Notes under the pieces: generated by a model
Databases searched by the model: none
Seen by the model: the letters and a program-made list of their open reading frames with translations, nothing else
What the model was told of the DNA's origin: nothing
From: Nannocystis pusilla
GTDB lineage: Bacteria > Myxococcota_A > Polyangia > Nannocystales > Nannocystaceae
Reading direction: 5' to 3'
DNA: 64,000 nt
Assembly: GCF_026626665.1 (NCBI RefSeq)
Contig: NZ_JAPNKE010000002.1
Span: 3,565,168 to 3,629,167 of the forward strand
Shown: positions 8,578 through 18,550 of the stretch, one piece after another
How the letters are laid out: the number at the start of each line of letters is the position of its first letter
Numbering within the stretch: position 1 is the stretch's first letter
Translations under genes and position numbers: made by a program

Positions 8578-11500
8578 GCTCGCAGGCGCCGGCCCGCGCC
8601 TCCGCGACGTCGTCGGCCTCTCCGAGGTGGCGCCGGCGCTCCGCGGGCAGCAGGCACGCGCGCGTGGCGGCGGCGAGGCGCGCGCGCAGGCCCTCGCCGG
8701 GCCGCGGCCACACGACGACGCGGCCGTCGGCGCCGGCCGAGGCGAGGCGATCGCCGCCGGCGTCGTACGCGAGGGCGTTGACGCCGCCGCCGTGGCCCGC
8801 GAGCAGCTCGGGCCCGGCGTCGCCCTGCAGCGACCAGAAGAGGAGCGCGCCGTCGGCCGCGCCGGCGACGATCCAGCCGTCGCGCGGGTCCCAGGCCACG
8901 CTCGTCAGCGCCGCCGAGGCCCGCCCCAGCTCGGTGCGCACGCCGGTGGCGGCCGCCACGCGGACAAGCGCCCTGCCTCGCCGGCGACCGCGAGCGCGTC
9001 GCCGGCGGGGCTCCACGCCAGCGCGCGCAGCGGGTGGCCGAGCTCGATGAACACCGTCTGCTCGACGCGCACCAGCACGAAGCCGGAGGCGGTGACCGCC
9101 GCCAGCCGCTCGTCGACCGGCGACCAGGCCATGGCGGTGATGGCCCCGCGCCCCTGCGGCGCGCGGGACGGATCGAGCATGTCCTTGAAGTCATGTCCCG
9201 AAGGCCAGAGGAAGAACGCGCCCTCGCTGCCGCCCGCGGCCAGGCGATCGGCGCGAGGATCCCAGGCCAGGGCGGACACCGGGCGGCGGTCGAGGCTGAC
9301 GCGCCGCGTCGCCCCCTCGCCGCGGGGGATCCAGGTGACCGCGCCGCCGTCGTCGGCGATCGCCAGCTCCTGGCCGTCGCGCCGCCAGGCCAGCGCCAGC
9401 GCGGTGCCGGCGTGGTCGCGCCGGCGCACCGGGCCGTCGTCGGTCGGCAGCAGCCACACGCTGCGCGCGCCGGCGGCGGCCAGGGCGGTGCCGTCGGGGC
9501 TCCACGCGAGCGCGTGCACGGCCGCGCCGAGGTCATGCTCGCGCAAGGCGGCCGGCGCGAGCCGCCACACCCGCGCGCTGCCGTCGTCGCTGCCGGTGAT
9601 CAAGCGGACGCCCACGGGCGCGAACGCCAGCGCCCGCACCGGCCCGGTGTGACCGCGCAGCACGTAGGGGCGCGCGGTCCCGCCGATCCGCCACACCCGC
9701 GCGCTGCCGTCGTCGCTGCCGCTGGCGAACCATCCTGTCCCGAGAGCCAGGCCGGTGACGCCGCCGTCGCCGACCACCGCGGCGACCCGCCGCGGGGTGC
9801 CGTCGACCCGCCAGACCTCGACGCCGCCGTCGTCGCGGCCGATCGCCAGCTGGCGCCCGTTGCGGTCCCACGCCAACGCGCCCACCGCCGCGCCGCGAGC
9901 GACGACCAGGGTCGCGCGGCCCTCCGCGACCACCCAGACCTCGCCGCGCGGGCCGGCCGCGGCCACGCGCGCGCCGTCGGGGCTCCACGCGACCGCCGCG
10001 AGCGGACCCGCGACGCCGCGCAGCGGCGTGACCCGATCGACCGCGACCAGCGACACCCCGCCGCGCGCGTCGGTGCGGAGCTGCTCGCCGCCGGGTCCGC
10101 GCCGCGGATCGGACACGGAGCCGCCTGCCCCCGGCGTGGGCGGCCCGCCGGCCAGCGCGAAGCGGCGGACGTTGCCGGCGGCGTCGACCGTCTCGACCGC
10201 GCCGCGCAGATCTTCGGCGGCCGCGGCAGGCCGTGGGCTGTCCTGCGGGACAGGTGACGTGTCCTCAGGGACAGGCGCACCGGCGACCGGCACCGCCCCG
10301 CTCGCCAGCACGACCTCGCGCGGGCGCGCGTCCGACCTGTCCGCGAGGACAGGCGGATCGACAACCGCCGCGGAGCCGGCCCCGCTCGCCAGCACGACCT
10401 CGCGCAGGTGCGCGTCCGACCTGTCCGCGAGGACAGGCGCACCGGCGCCCGCCGGGAGCCCGCTCGTCAGCACGACCTCGCGCCGGCGCACGTCCGACCT
10501 GTCCGCGCGGCCAGACGCACCAGCGCCCGCCCCGCTCGCCAGCACGACCTCGCGCCGGTGCGCATCCGACCTGTCCTCACGGACAGCTCCCGTCCGCGCG
10601 TTCGACCTGTCCTTGCGGACAGCTCCCGTCCGCGCCTTTGACCTGTCCTCGCGGACAGCCCCCACCGCGCCCGGCACCGCGCTCCTGTCCCCCGGGACAG
10701 CCTCGACCCAGCGCACCGCCGTCACCGCGCCGTCGTGACCGCGCAGGATCGCCTGGCTGATCGGCTCGGCCAGCACGCGCTGAGCCAGCGCGCCCGGCTC
10801 GTCGAGCTCGCGCAGCAGCAGCGCCGCGGCGGTCGGGTCGCGCGGCAGCAGCGAGAACGCGGCGTCGCGGACCCGCAGCGCGTGGGCCTGGCGCTCCGCG
10901 GCCGCGCGCTCGACCGCCAGCTCGCCGGCCTGCGCGTCGGCGGGGGCGCTCTCGGGCGCGGTCGCCTGCGGGGCCGCGGCCGCGCCCGCGCCCGCCTCGG
11001 GCTGCGCCAGCGACACCCCGAGCGCGACCAGGCCCGCCGCGGTGGCCGCCGCGCCGCCGGCGATCAGCCACGTCCGCACGGGCACCGGCTCGGGGTTCTC
11101 GGCGAAGCGCCGCCGCGGCTGCAGGGCCGCGAGCAGCTCCTCCATCGTCGCCCAGCGCTCGGCTGGCTTTTCGGACAGGCCGCGGACGATCGCGCGGCGG
11201 ACGCGCAACGGCACGCGACTTTCGCGCGGAATGGGCGCGATCTCGACCTGTCCGAAGCGCGGAAGCGAGCCGAACGGCCGCAGACCGAACAAACCTTCGA
11301 ACAGCGCCACGCAAAAGCTGAATTGGTCGGAGCGCGGCTCCGCGTTGCCGGTGCGCTGCTGCTCGGGCGCCATGTAGGCGGGCGTGCCGAGGATGCTGCC
11401 GGTGCGCGTCAGCGGCATCAGCTCGTCGTCGAGGGCCTCGCCGAAATCGAGGGCGCAGGTGAGTCCGAAGTCGAGGACGCGCGCGCGGTCGCGGCTGTCG

Positions 11501-12054
11501 ACGAGCACGTTCTCGGGCTTGAAGTCGCGGTGCAGCAGGCCGGCGTGGTGGGCCGCGGCCAGCGCCCGCCCGGCCTGCAGGTACACCGCGAGCACCTCCT
11601 GCCACGGCCGCGGGCGCTCGCGCAGCCACGCCTCGAGGGTCACACCCTCGATCAGCTCCATGGCGATGTAGATTTGGTCGCCCCACGCGCCGACCTCGTA
11701 GATCCGCGCCACGTGCTCGTGCTCGAGGCGTGCCATCGCCCGGGCCTCGCGCAGCAGGCGGGCGCGACCCTGGTCGTCGCCCTGGAGGTGCGGGTGCAGC
11801 AGCTTGATGGCGACGCGGCGATTGAGCTGGGCGTCGACGGCCGCATACACGACGCCCATGGCCCCCTCCCCGAGCCGGCGCTCGACGTGGAAGCGCCCGA
11901 TCATGGTGGGCGCGGCCGGCTCGCCGAACAGCCGGCCCATCACGCGCGCGTGGAGACGATGGACGTCGACGTCACCCCACGTGCCCGCACCTGCGCCGCG
12001 GGCGGCCCTCAAGTCGGGAGGCGTGTCGGGCGGCGTGTGGGGCGGCGTCGACAT
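8552..12054 (-). CDS. Ser/Thr protein kinase - repetitive linker - WD40 beta-propeller fusion (apparent frameshift near 8950)
   Basis: ORF 8905..12237 has kinase motifs (GEGAMGVVY, VAIK, HRDFKPENVL, DFGLT, APE), then about 28 aa tandem protein repeats (DRSDAHRREVVLASGAGA…), then WD40 repeats (WSPDG…). The WD40 region continues in ORF 8552..9016 in another frame; the junction is in a GCC/CC run. Likely start is MSTPPHTPPD at about 12054. Confidence 0.7.
10250..10720. repeat. In-gene tandem DNA repeats (about 78 bp and about 39 bp units) encoding the kinase linker
   Basis: Repeated units such as ccgctcgccagcacgacctcgcgc…gtccgacctgtccgcgaggacaggc, each containing the inverted pair GACCTGTCC/GGACAGG. 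Seen directly in the sequence. Confidence 0.7.
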
Positions 12055-12127
12055 CGTCGGATCGCAGTGAAGATAACAGGCGGAGCGGCCCCGCGGGCGG
12101 CGCGATCGGAGGTAAGATCGAGGCGCC

Positions 12128-12787
12128 ATGGACCCCGACTGGGAACTGCTCTCGGCCTGGCGCAGCGGCGATCGCGGCGCGGGAGAGCGGCTGGTGAAGC
12201 GACACTTCGGCGCGATCGCCCGCTTCTTCCGCAACAAGGTCTCGAGCGAGCACGACGCCGCCGACCTCGTCAGTCAGACCTTCCTCGAGTGCACCAAGGC
12301 GAAGGACGGCTTCCGCGGCGAGACCAGCTTCAAGCGGTTCGTCTTCGCCATCGCCCTCAACGTGCTGCGCCTCTACATCCGCACCAAGCACAAGCGTCAG
12401 GGCGAGGCGCTCGACTTCGGGGCGCTGTGCGCCAAGGACCTGTCGCCGTCGTCGATGAGCTCGATCGTCATGCGCCGGCGCGAGGCCCAGCTGCTCGTGC
12501 TGGCGCTGCGAGAGATCCCGCTCGACCAGCAAATCGTGCTCGAGCTCAACATCTTCGAGGGCCTGTCGGGGCGCGAGATCAGCGAGCTGCTCAGCGTGCC
12601 CGAGGGCACCGTGCGCGGCCGGCTGCGCCTCGGCAAGGACCAGCTGCGGGCCCGCCTCGCCGAGCTGGCCCGCTCGCCGGCCGAGCTCCAGGCCACCCTC
12701 ACCGACCTCGAGGGCTGGGCCGCCAGCATCCGCCGCGCCCTCGACCGCGACGACGGCGACGCCGGTCCGGCCGCGACCGGTTCGTGA
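12128..12787 (+). CDS. ECF (sigma-70 family group 4) RNA polymerase sigma factor
   Basis: 219 aa ORF with region 2 (RHFGAIARFFRNKV…DLVSQTFLE) and region 4 (LSGREISELLSVPEGTVRGRL) signatures. Divergent from the STPK-WD40 gene. Confidence 0.8.
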   Translation: MDPDWELLSAWRSGDRGAGERLVKRHFGAIARFFRNKVSSEHDAADLVSQTFLECTKAKDGFRGETSFKRFVFAIALNVLRLYIRTKHKRQGEALDFGALCAKDLSPSSMSSIVMRRREAQLLVLALREIPLDQQIVLELNIFEGLSGREISELLSVPEGTVRGRLRLGKDQLRARLAELARSPAELQATLTDLEGWAASIRRALDRDDGDAGPAATGS

Positions 12788-12878
12788 GCGCGCGCGCCGG
12801 CGGCCGGCCGCGAGGCTGCTTCGCCGGCCTCCTGCGGAGGACCGCCGCGCTATAGTCGGGCCCCCGAGGACCCCCGAG

Positions 12879-14365
12879 ATGAACGCCACCGGCACCCTCA
12901 GCCGTGCGACCCAGATCGTCTATCGCGTCGGCTCCCGCCACTCGAGCGAGGTCGACACGCTGACGCTCGAGCCCGACGGCCGGGCGACGTGGACCTCGCA
13001 GGGCCGCCACTGCGAGGTGCAGCTGCCGCCCGAGGTCTACGGCGACGTCCTCGGCCGCCTGGCGCAGTACGGCTTCAAGGCGGCGACCGGCCTGCACGGC
13101 GACGCGATGGCCGACTACCAGCACGAGATCGAGGTGCTCGAGGGCCCGAAGAAGAAGTCGCGCTGCACCTTGCGGCTCGGCCACGAGTTCGGCACCTACC
13201 TCGGCGACGCGCCGATCGGCATGAAGGAAGTCGTGGCCCTGCTCGACCGCGTGGCCAGCCGCGTCGAGTCCGGCGCCGACCTGTCCGAATCGCCAGACGC
13301 GCTGATGGGCGCCCTGCTGCGCAACATCGACTTCCCGTACGTCAACCCGCACGGCGAGCCGGGCGCGTTCCTGCTGATCGACCCGCGCGGGCAGGTGCTC
13401 GCCGCCTCGTCGCTGCGGTTCGCCCTGCCCCACGCCAGCGGCCTGTTGCCGTTCCGCGACGGCGACCGCTTCGGCTTCGTCCGCGCCGGCGGCGAGGTCG
13501 CCATCGCCCCGGCCTACGCGCTGACGCTCGGCTTCAGCGAGGGCCTCGCGGCGGTCAAGCTCGACGGCGGCTGGGGCTTCATCGACGTCCGCGGCGAGCT
13601 CGTCATCCCGGCCCGCTTCGCCGCCGCCGCCAGCTTCGCCGACGGCCTCGCGTGCGTGCAGCTCGGCGACCAGACCGGCTACTGCGACCGCGCCGGCGCG
13701 TTCGTCCCGGCCCCCCGCAGGCCTCGCAGCTCGGCCGCTTCGCCGAGGGCCGGGCCCCGTTCCGCGCGCTGTCGCGGATGGGCGTGCCCGCGTGGGGCTA
13801 CATCGATCGCACCGGCCAGGTCGTCGTGCCCGCCGGCTTCGACTACGCCGGCGAGTTCTGCGAGGGCCTCGCCTGCGTCCAGCAGGACGACCTGTTCGGC
13901 TTCATCGACGTGAGCGGCGCCTGGGCCATCGAGCCGCGCTTCACCGACGCCGGCGACTTCCACGAGGACCTCGCCGCCGTCGGCGACAGCGGCCAGTACG
14001 GCTACTGCGACAAGAGCGGCACCGCCGCCGTCGACTTCCGCTTCCTCCGCGCCGGCAACTTCGCCGAGGGCCTGGCCCCGGTGGGCGTCGGCGCCAAGAC
14101 CGGCTTCATCGACCGCGAGGGCCGCATGGTCATCGAGCCGCGCTTCGACCTGGCCCAGAGCTTCAGCGAGGGCCTGGCCGCCGTGCGCGTCGACCACAAG
14201 TGGGGCTTCATCGACCGCACCGGTCGCATCGTCATCGAGCCGATCTACGAGGGCGCGGGCCCGTTCGGCGACGGCGTCGCCTGCGTGCGCAAGTTCGCCG
14301 ACCCGCGCCCGGTGATCCATACCGGGTCGAAGAAGGTCATCATCAACATGAGCAAAAAGACATGA
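12879..14365 (+). CDS. WG-repeat (WG_beta_rep) protein, apparent frameshift in a C7 homopolymer near 13715
   Basis: ORFs 12879..13913 and 12989..14365 both carry repeated 'F.EGLA.V…GKWGFID..G..VI.P.F' units. The frames switch at ggcccccccgcagg. The stop overlaps the rsgA start (ATGA). Confidence 0.6.
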
Positions 14366-15474
14366 CCGAAGCGCCAGATCCGCTGGCGCGCCTCGGCTGG
14401 GACGAGCACGCCGCCGCGGCCTGGGCGAACCACCGCGGCGACGGCAACCTGCCCGGTCGCGTCGCCGCCGAGCACCGCGGTGGTTACATCGTCCTCGCCG
14501 CCGCCGGCGAGCTGCGCGGCGAGCTGGCCGGCAAGCTGCGCAAGGCCGCGGCCAGGGACGCCATGCAGAAGCCGGCCGTCGGCGACTGGGTCGCGCTCGA
14601 CGTCCACGCCGCCGCCGGCACCGCCACCATCCACGCCGTCCTCCCGCGCAAGACCGTCCTCACCCGCCGCGCCGCCGGTCGCGGCGCCGCCGCCCCGCAG
14701 ATCGTCGCCGCCGACGTCGACAGCGTCTTCATCGTCCACCCGCTCGACCAGGCGCCCAACCTGCGCCGGCTCGAGCGCTACCTCGCCATCACCCTCGCCA
14801 GCGGCGCCGCCCCCGTGATCGCGCTGACCAAGGCCGACCTGGTCGACAGCGCCGAACCTGTCCTTGCGGCCATCCGCCCGCTGCTCGCCCGCGTCGCCGG
14901 CGAACGGAGCATCCCGATCCACGTGCTCTCGAGCGTCAGCGGTCAGGGCCTGGACGAGCTCGACGCCTACGTCGCCCGCCCGCAGACCACCGCGCTGATC
15001 GGCGTCTCGGGCGTCGGCAAGAGCACGCTCATCAACCGCTGGCTCGGCGAGGAGCGCCTCAGCACCGGCGGCCTGCGCGACGACGGCAAGGGCCGCCACA
15101 CCACCACCCACCGCGAGCTGCTGGTGCTGCCGCGCGGCGGCCTCGTCATCGACACCCCCGGCATGCGCGAGCTCGGCCTGTGGAACGCCGACGAGAGCGT
15201 GCCCGAGGCGTTCGCCGACATCGCCGCGGTCGCCGAGGGCTGCCGCTTCCGCGACTGCACCCACGCCCACGAGCCCGGCTGCGCCGTGGTGGCCGCCGCG
15301 GCCGCCGGCCAGATCGAGCCCGAGCGCCTCGACAGCTACCGCAAGCTGGTCGCCGAGCTCGCCTCGCTGGCCCGCGACCGCGACGTCGCCGCGCGAAATC
15401 GCGCCCGCAAGGCCGATCACCGGGTCCTGCGCGCCTACTACAAGGACCCGCGCACCCGCGGCCAGCGCGACTGA
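14362..15474 (+). CDS. rsgA: Ribosome small-subunit-dependent GTPase A (RsgA/YjeQ)
   Basis: 371 aa. P-loop in the circularly permuted order typical of RsgA (LIGVSGVGKSTLIN). C-terminal zinc finger CRFRDCTHAHEPGC. The ORF-track entry 13792..15474 is a read-through; the ATG is at 14362. Confidence 0.85.
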   Translation: MTEAPDPLARLGWDEHAAAAWANHRGDGNLPGRVAAEHRGGYIVLAAAGELRGELAGKLRKAAARDAMQKPAVGDWVALDVHAAAGTATIHAVLPRKTVLTRRAAGRGAAAPQIVAADVDSVFIVHPLDQAPNLRRLERYLAITLASGAAPVIALTKADLVDSAEPVLAAIRPLLARVAGERSIPIHVLSSVSGQGLDELDAYVARPQTTALIGVSGVGKSTLINRWLGEERLSTGGLRDDGKGRHTTTHRELLVLPRGGLVIDTPGMRELGLWNADESVPEAFADIAAVAEGCRFRDCTHAHEPGCAVVAAAAAGQIEPERLDSYRKLVAELASLARDRDVAARNRARKADHRVLRAYYKDPRTRGQRD

Positions 15475-15735
15475 GTCCGCTGCGACGACGCTGAGACCGG
15501 CGGCTTCCCCACGAGTCGACGCCACGGCTCCCAGCCCCCGATGAAGCGACGACGCCCTCGCCCGCCTCGACCGCGCTCCTCGTGCGGCGCAGCGTCGCGC
15601 CCCCTCGCGCGCCCGAGCGACCTCCGCGCCGCTTTACAGCCACCGCGTTCAGCGATGAACTCGAAGCGCCCACGCCCGGCGGCGACGACCGCAGAAATGC
15701 CGGCCCAGCTCGCCGTGTTGTGCCGGAGCTCATCG

Positions 15736-16715
15736 ATGCGTCCGCGCCTTCCGCCCCTGCCCCGTCTCGTCCGCGCGAGCGCGATCGTGCTGGGCCTGGC
15801 GGTCGCGCCGGACGTCCACGCCGCCCCGGCCAAGCTGCCGCCCAACATCCCGCGCCCCTCGGTCGACCTCGAGCCCGACGGCGCCGGTCGCCTGCGCCAC
15901 CGCGGCGACGGCTTCACCGCCATCATCTACCCCGACGGTTCGGTCGAGTTCCGCGACCACGGCGGCACCGCCGACATCAACTTCCTCGGCCTCGACCTGT
16001 GGCGCCGCCGCCTCCGCGAGCCCGAGCCCGAGCGACACCCGCCTTGGTTCATGGGCGTGATCGAGGACGCCCTGTTCCCCGGAACGCCGCCCCGTACGGC
16101 CGCGCCCCGATCCTCGTCGGCTTCGGCGCCCGCTTCGGCGGCCTCGCCGACGGCCGCCGCAAGAACCGCCACAAGAGCGCCAAGCAGGCGTTCATGATCG
16201 CCACCGAGCCGCTGCGCTTCCACCTCGCCAACGCCTGGTACAAGCAGCGCTTGCGCAGCGAGCTCGCCGACCTCGGCGGCCAGCTCCTCGAGGTCTGGCG
16301 CGACGCCAAGCTGCCGCTGATCGAACGCAAGCGGCGGATCTTCGAGCGCTGGGAGGAGTGCGAGGACCCGACCAGCACCCGTCGCACCGAGGTCGATCGC
16401 ATGCGCCTCGAGGTCGCCCGCACCGCCCGCGCCAAGATCGAGGCGTTCGTCCGCCAGGTCGCGCCGTACGGCTCGCCGCAGGCCTTCACCGACGCCGAGC
16501 TCGACCGCCTCAACGCCGGCCGCGCCGGCAAGACCCGCTTCCGCCCCTACGACGCCCCCGTGTTGCCGGAGGACGTCAGCGCCGAGACCGAGCTCGGCAC
16601 CGCCGACGCCGCGCCGCAGACCGTCGCCGAGCCGCCGCCGCCCGACCCGCCGCCGAGCCCGACCCCGATCGGCCCCGACCCCGGCCCCGGCTTCTCGCCT
16701 GCGCGCGAGCGCTGA
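15736..16715 (+). CDS. Hypothetical secreted protein (apparent frameshift near 16085)
   Basis: A signal-peptide-like N-terminus (MRPRLPPLPRLVRASAIVLGLAVAPDVHA) sits in the frame of ORF 15541..16197. It continues in the frame of ORF 15582..16715 (…PILVGFGARFGG…MIATEPLRFHLANAWYKQ…). Pro-rich C-terminus. Confidence 0.45.
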
Positions 16716-16724
16716 GCGCGGGCG

Positions 16725-17175
16725 CTGTCACCTGTGCCCGAGAGCATGTCCACGGGGACATGTCATTTTCAAGGCTGGGCCGTCCCGAGCCTTCGTGCCC
16801 TTGTCCGTGGCACGACCCATAAGACATTTCCATGGAGACATATCCTCCCAAAATCTCCACCACGAGCGCCACCCGCATGCTCTCGATGGCATGGCCATGA
16901 AGACATGTCCTATCGGACAGCACCATCGCAGCGAGCGCCAGCGCCCGGGCACGCTCGAGAACCGGGATACCACGGCCCCGCCACCGCATGCTCCCGATGG
17001 CACGGCCAGAAAGACATGTCCCGAAAGACAGCAACCTCGCAGCGAGCGCCAGCCCTCGCGCCCGGCACGCTCGCCACCCGAGATGACATGTCTTTTTAGA
17101 CATACTCCGCCAGCGAACAACTGCGCATGTCGCACCGGACATGTTCGCTGCGACATGTCCCTCATGCGAGGGCGA
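16725..17175. repeat. Largest array of the GACATGTCC-core intergenic palindromic repeat family, including two tandem units of about 110 bp (about 16870-16980 and 16980-17090)
   Basis: At least 10 copies of (R)GACATGTCC…AAGACA half-sites plus a duplicated block cacc(c)gcatgctc(t/c)cgatggca(t/c)ggcca(t/g)(g)aagacatgtcc…cagcgagcgccagc. Confidence 0.8.
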
Positions 17176-17388
17176 GCACCTCCTCATTGTCGCCCGGCGT
17201 CCCCCGATCGGCCCACGGCCGAGCTCGCTCGCCGCCATCCGCGCCCTCGCCGCTGCTGCTCCGGTCGACGCCGCCGCGACCGGCGCCAGGCCCGTGCGGC
17301 TGGGCGCCGCCGACGTGCGTGCTATCCCGAGGCGCGACGGAATGCGCCGCCGGCCGCCGCCGTTGTCGTGACGCTCCGCCTCCTCCTC

Positions 17389-17982
17389 ATGAGCGCTCGC
17401 ATCGACCTCCTCGTCACCCTCGGCCTGTCCGTCCTCGCCTGCACCGCGCCGGCCGCGGTGCCCTCGCCCGCGCCCGCGAAGGTCGAGCCCACGCCAGCCG
17501 CGTCGCCGCCGCCGCCACCGCCGGCTCAGGACGACGCCGCGCTCGCCGATCGCCTCGGCGACGCCAACACCCCGCCCGAGCTGCTCGAGCGCGGCGCCGC
17601 CGCCAAGATCTGGGCCGACCACGCCATCGATCGCGGCATCAACCCGTTCTACCTGCGCGGCGACTTCGACGGCGACGCCGCGCCCGACTACCTCGTCAGC
17701 GTCGTGCCCAAGCTCGGCGCCGGCGCGCTGCCGCGGCTGGTCGTGCTGCGCGGCGGCGGGCGCCCGGCCGTCTGGCTCGACGACGATCCCAAGGCCGGCC
17801 TCACCTTGCCCGCGCGCGACGCCTGGTACGTCCACGATCGCGGCACCTCCGTGCCCGGGGGGCCCGGCGGCAAGGCCCCGGCGCTCAAGGGCGACGGCAT
17901 CGTCATGATGAAGCTCGAGTCCTCGAGCGCGCTCATCTACTGGGACGGCGCCCGTTTTCGCAGCCACTGGCTGTCGGACTGA
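17389..17982 (+). CDS. Hypothetical lipoprotein
   Basis: 197 aa with a signal peptide plus lipobox (LSVLAC), then a Pro/Ala-rich linker. No known domain recognised. Confidence 0.55.
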   Translation: MSARIDLLVTLGLSVLACTAPAAVPSPAPAKVEPTPAASPPPPPPAQDDAALADRLGDANTPPELLERGAAAKIWADHAIDRGINPFYLRGDFDGDAAPDYLVSVVPKLGAGALPRLVVLRGGGRPAVWLDDDPKAGLTLPARDAWYVHDRGTSVPGGPGGKAPALKGDGIVMMKLESSSALIYWDGARFRSHWLSD

Positions 17983-17996
17983 GCGGCGAGATCGGC

Positions 17997-18407
17997 CTAC
18001 TGCGATCCGCCCTCGCGCTCGAAGTCGAGGCTCAGCGAGTTGATGCAATAACGCAGACGTGTCGGCTGCGGACCATCGGGGAACACATGGCCCAGGTGGC
18101 CGCCGCAGCGGCGACACAGCACCTCCACGCGGCGCATTCCGTGGCTGGTGTCGACCCGCTCCTCGATGGCCGAGCGATCGACCGCGTCGAAGAAGCTCGG
18201 CCAGCCGCAGCCCGAGTCGAACTTCGTCGTCGCGTCGAACAGCAGCGCCTTGCAGCCGGCGCAGCGGTACTGGCCCGGCGCCTTCTCGTCCCAGTACGCG
18301 CCCGTGAACGCGCGCTCGGTCCCCGCCTGGCGCAGCACCCGGTACTGCTCCGGGCTCAGCGTCGCGCGCCACTCCGCGTCGGTCTTCTCCACCTCTCGGT
18401 CGGACAT
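17997..18407 (-). CDS. msrB: Peptide-methionine (R)-S-oxide reductase MsrB
   Basis: 136 aa from [14 protein letters not shown]…. CxxC…CxxC zinc motifs (CAGC…[12 protein letters not shown]). The SelR signature RYCINS with the catalytic Cys. Confidence 0.85.
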   Translation of the reverse strand: MSDREVEKTDAEWRATLSPEQYRVLRQAGTERAFTGAYWDEKAPGQYRCAGCKALLFDATTKFDSGCGWPSFFDAVDRSAIEERVDTSHGMRRVEVLCRRCGGHLGHVFPDGPQPTRLRYCINSLSLDFEREGGSQ

Positions 18408-18550
18408 GCCCCCAACATAGCGCGTCCGCGCCGTCGGGGCTCCCTGCCGCGGCCTCGACGAGGGCCCCGTGGGGGCCTTCGGCCCCGCGCCGATCCTGCG
18501 TTGCAAGCCCTCTGGCCGGCCTCTACCGTGGCTTCCCAGGAGGCGACCGA

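Noticed and set aside
13792-15474. 560 aa ORF suggesting a long N-terminal extension of RsgA
   Set aside because: The upstream part is an out-of-frame shadow of the WG-repeat gene. RsgA homology begins at the ATG at 14362, which overlaps the upstream stop.
16576-18372. 598 aa minus-strand ORF
   Set aside because: It is Arg/Gly/Ala-rich low-complexity sequence. It lies antisense to real genes (the lipoprotein at 17389-17982) and overlaps msrB. It is a typical spurious long ORF in 72% GC DNA.
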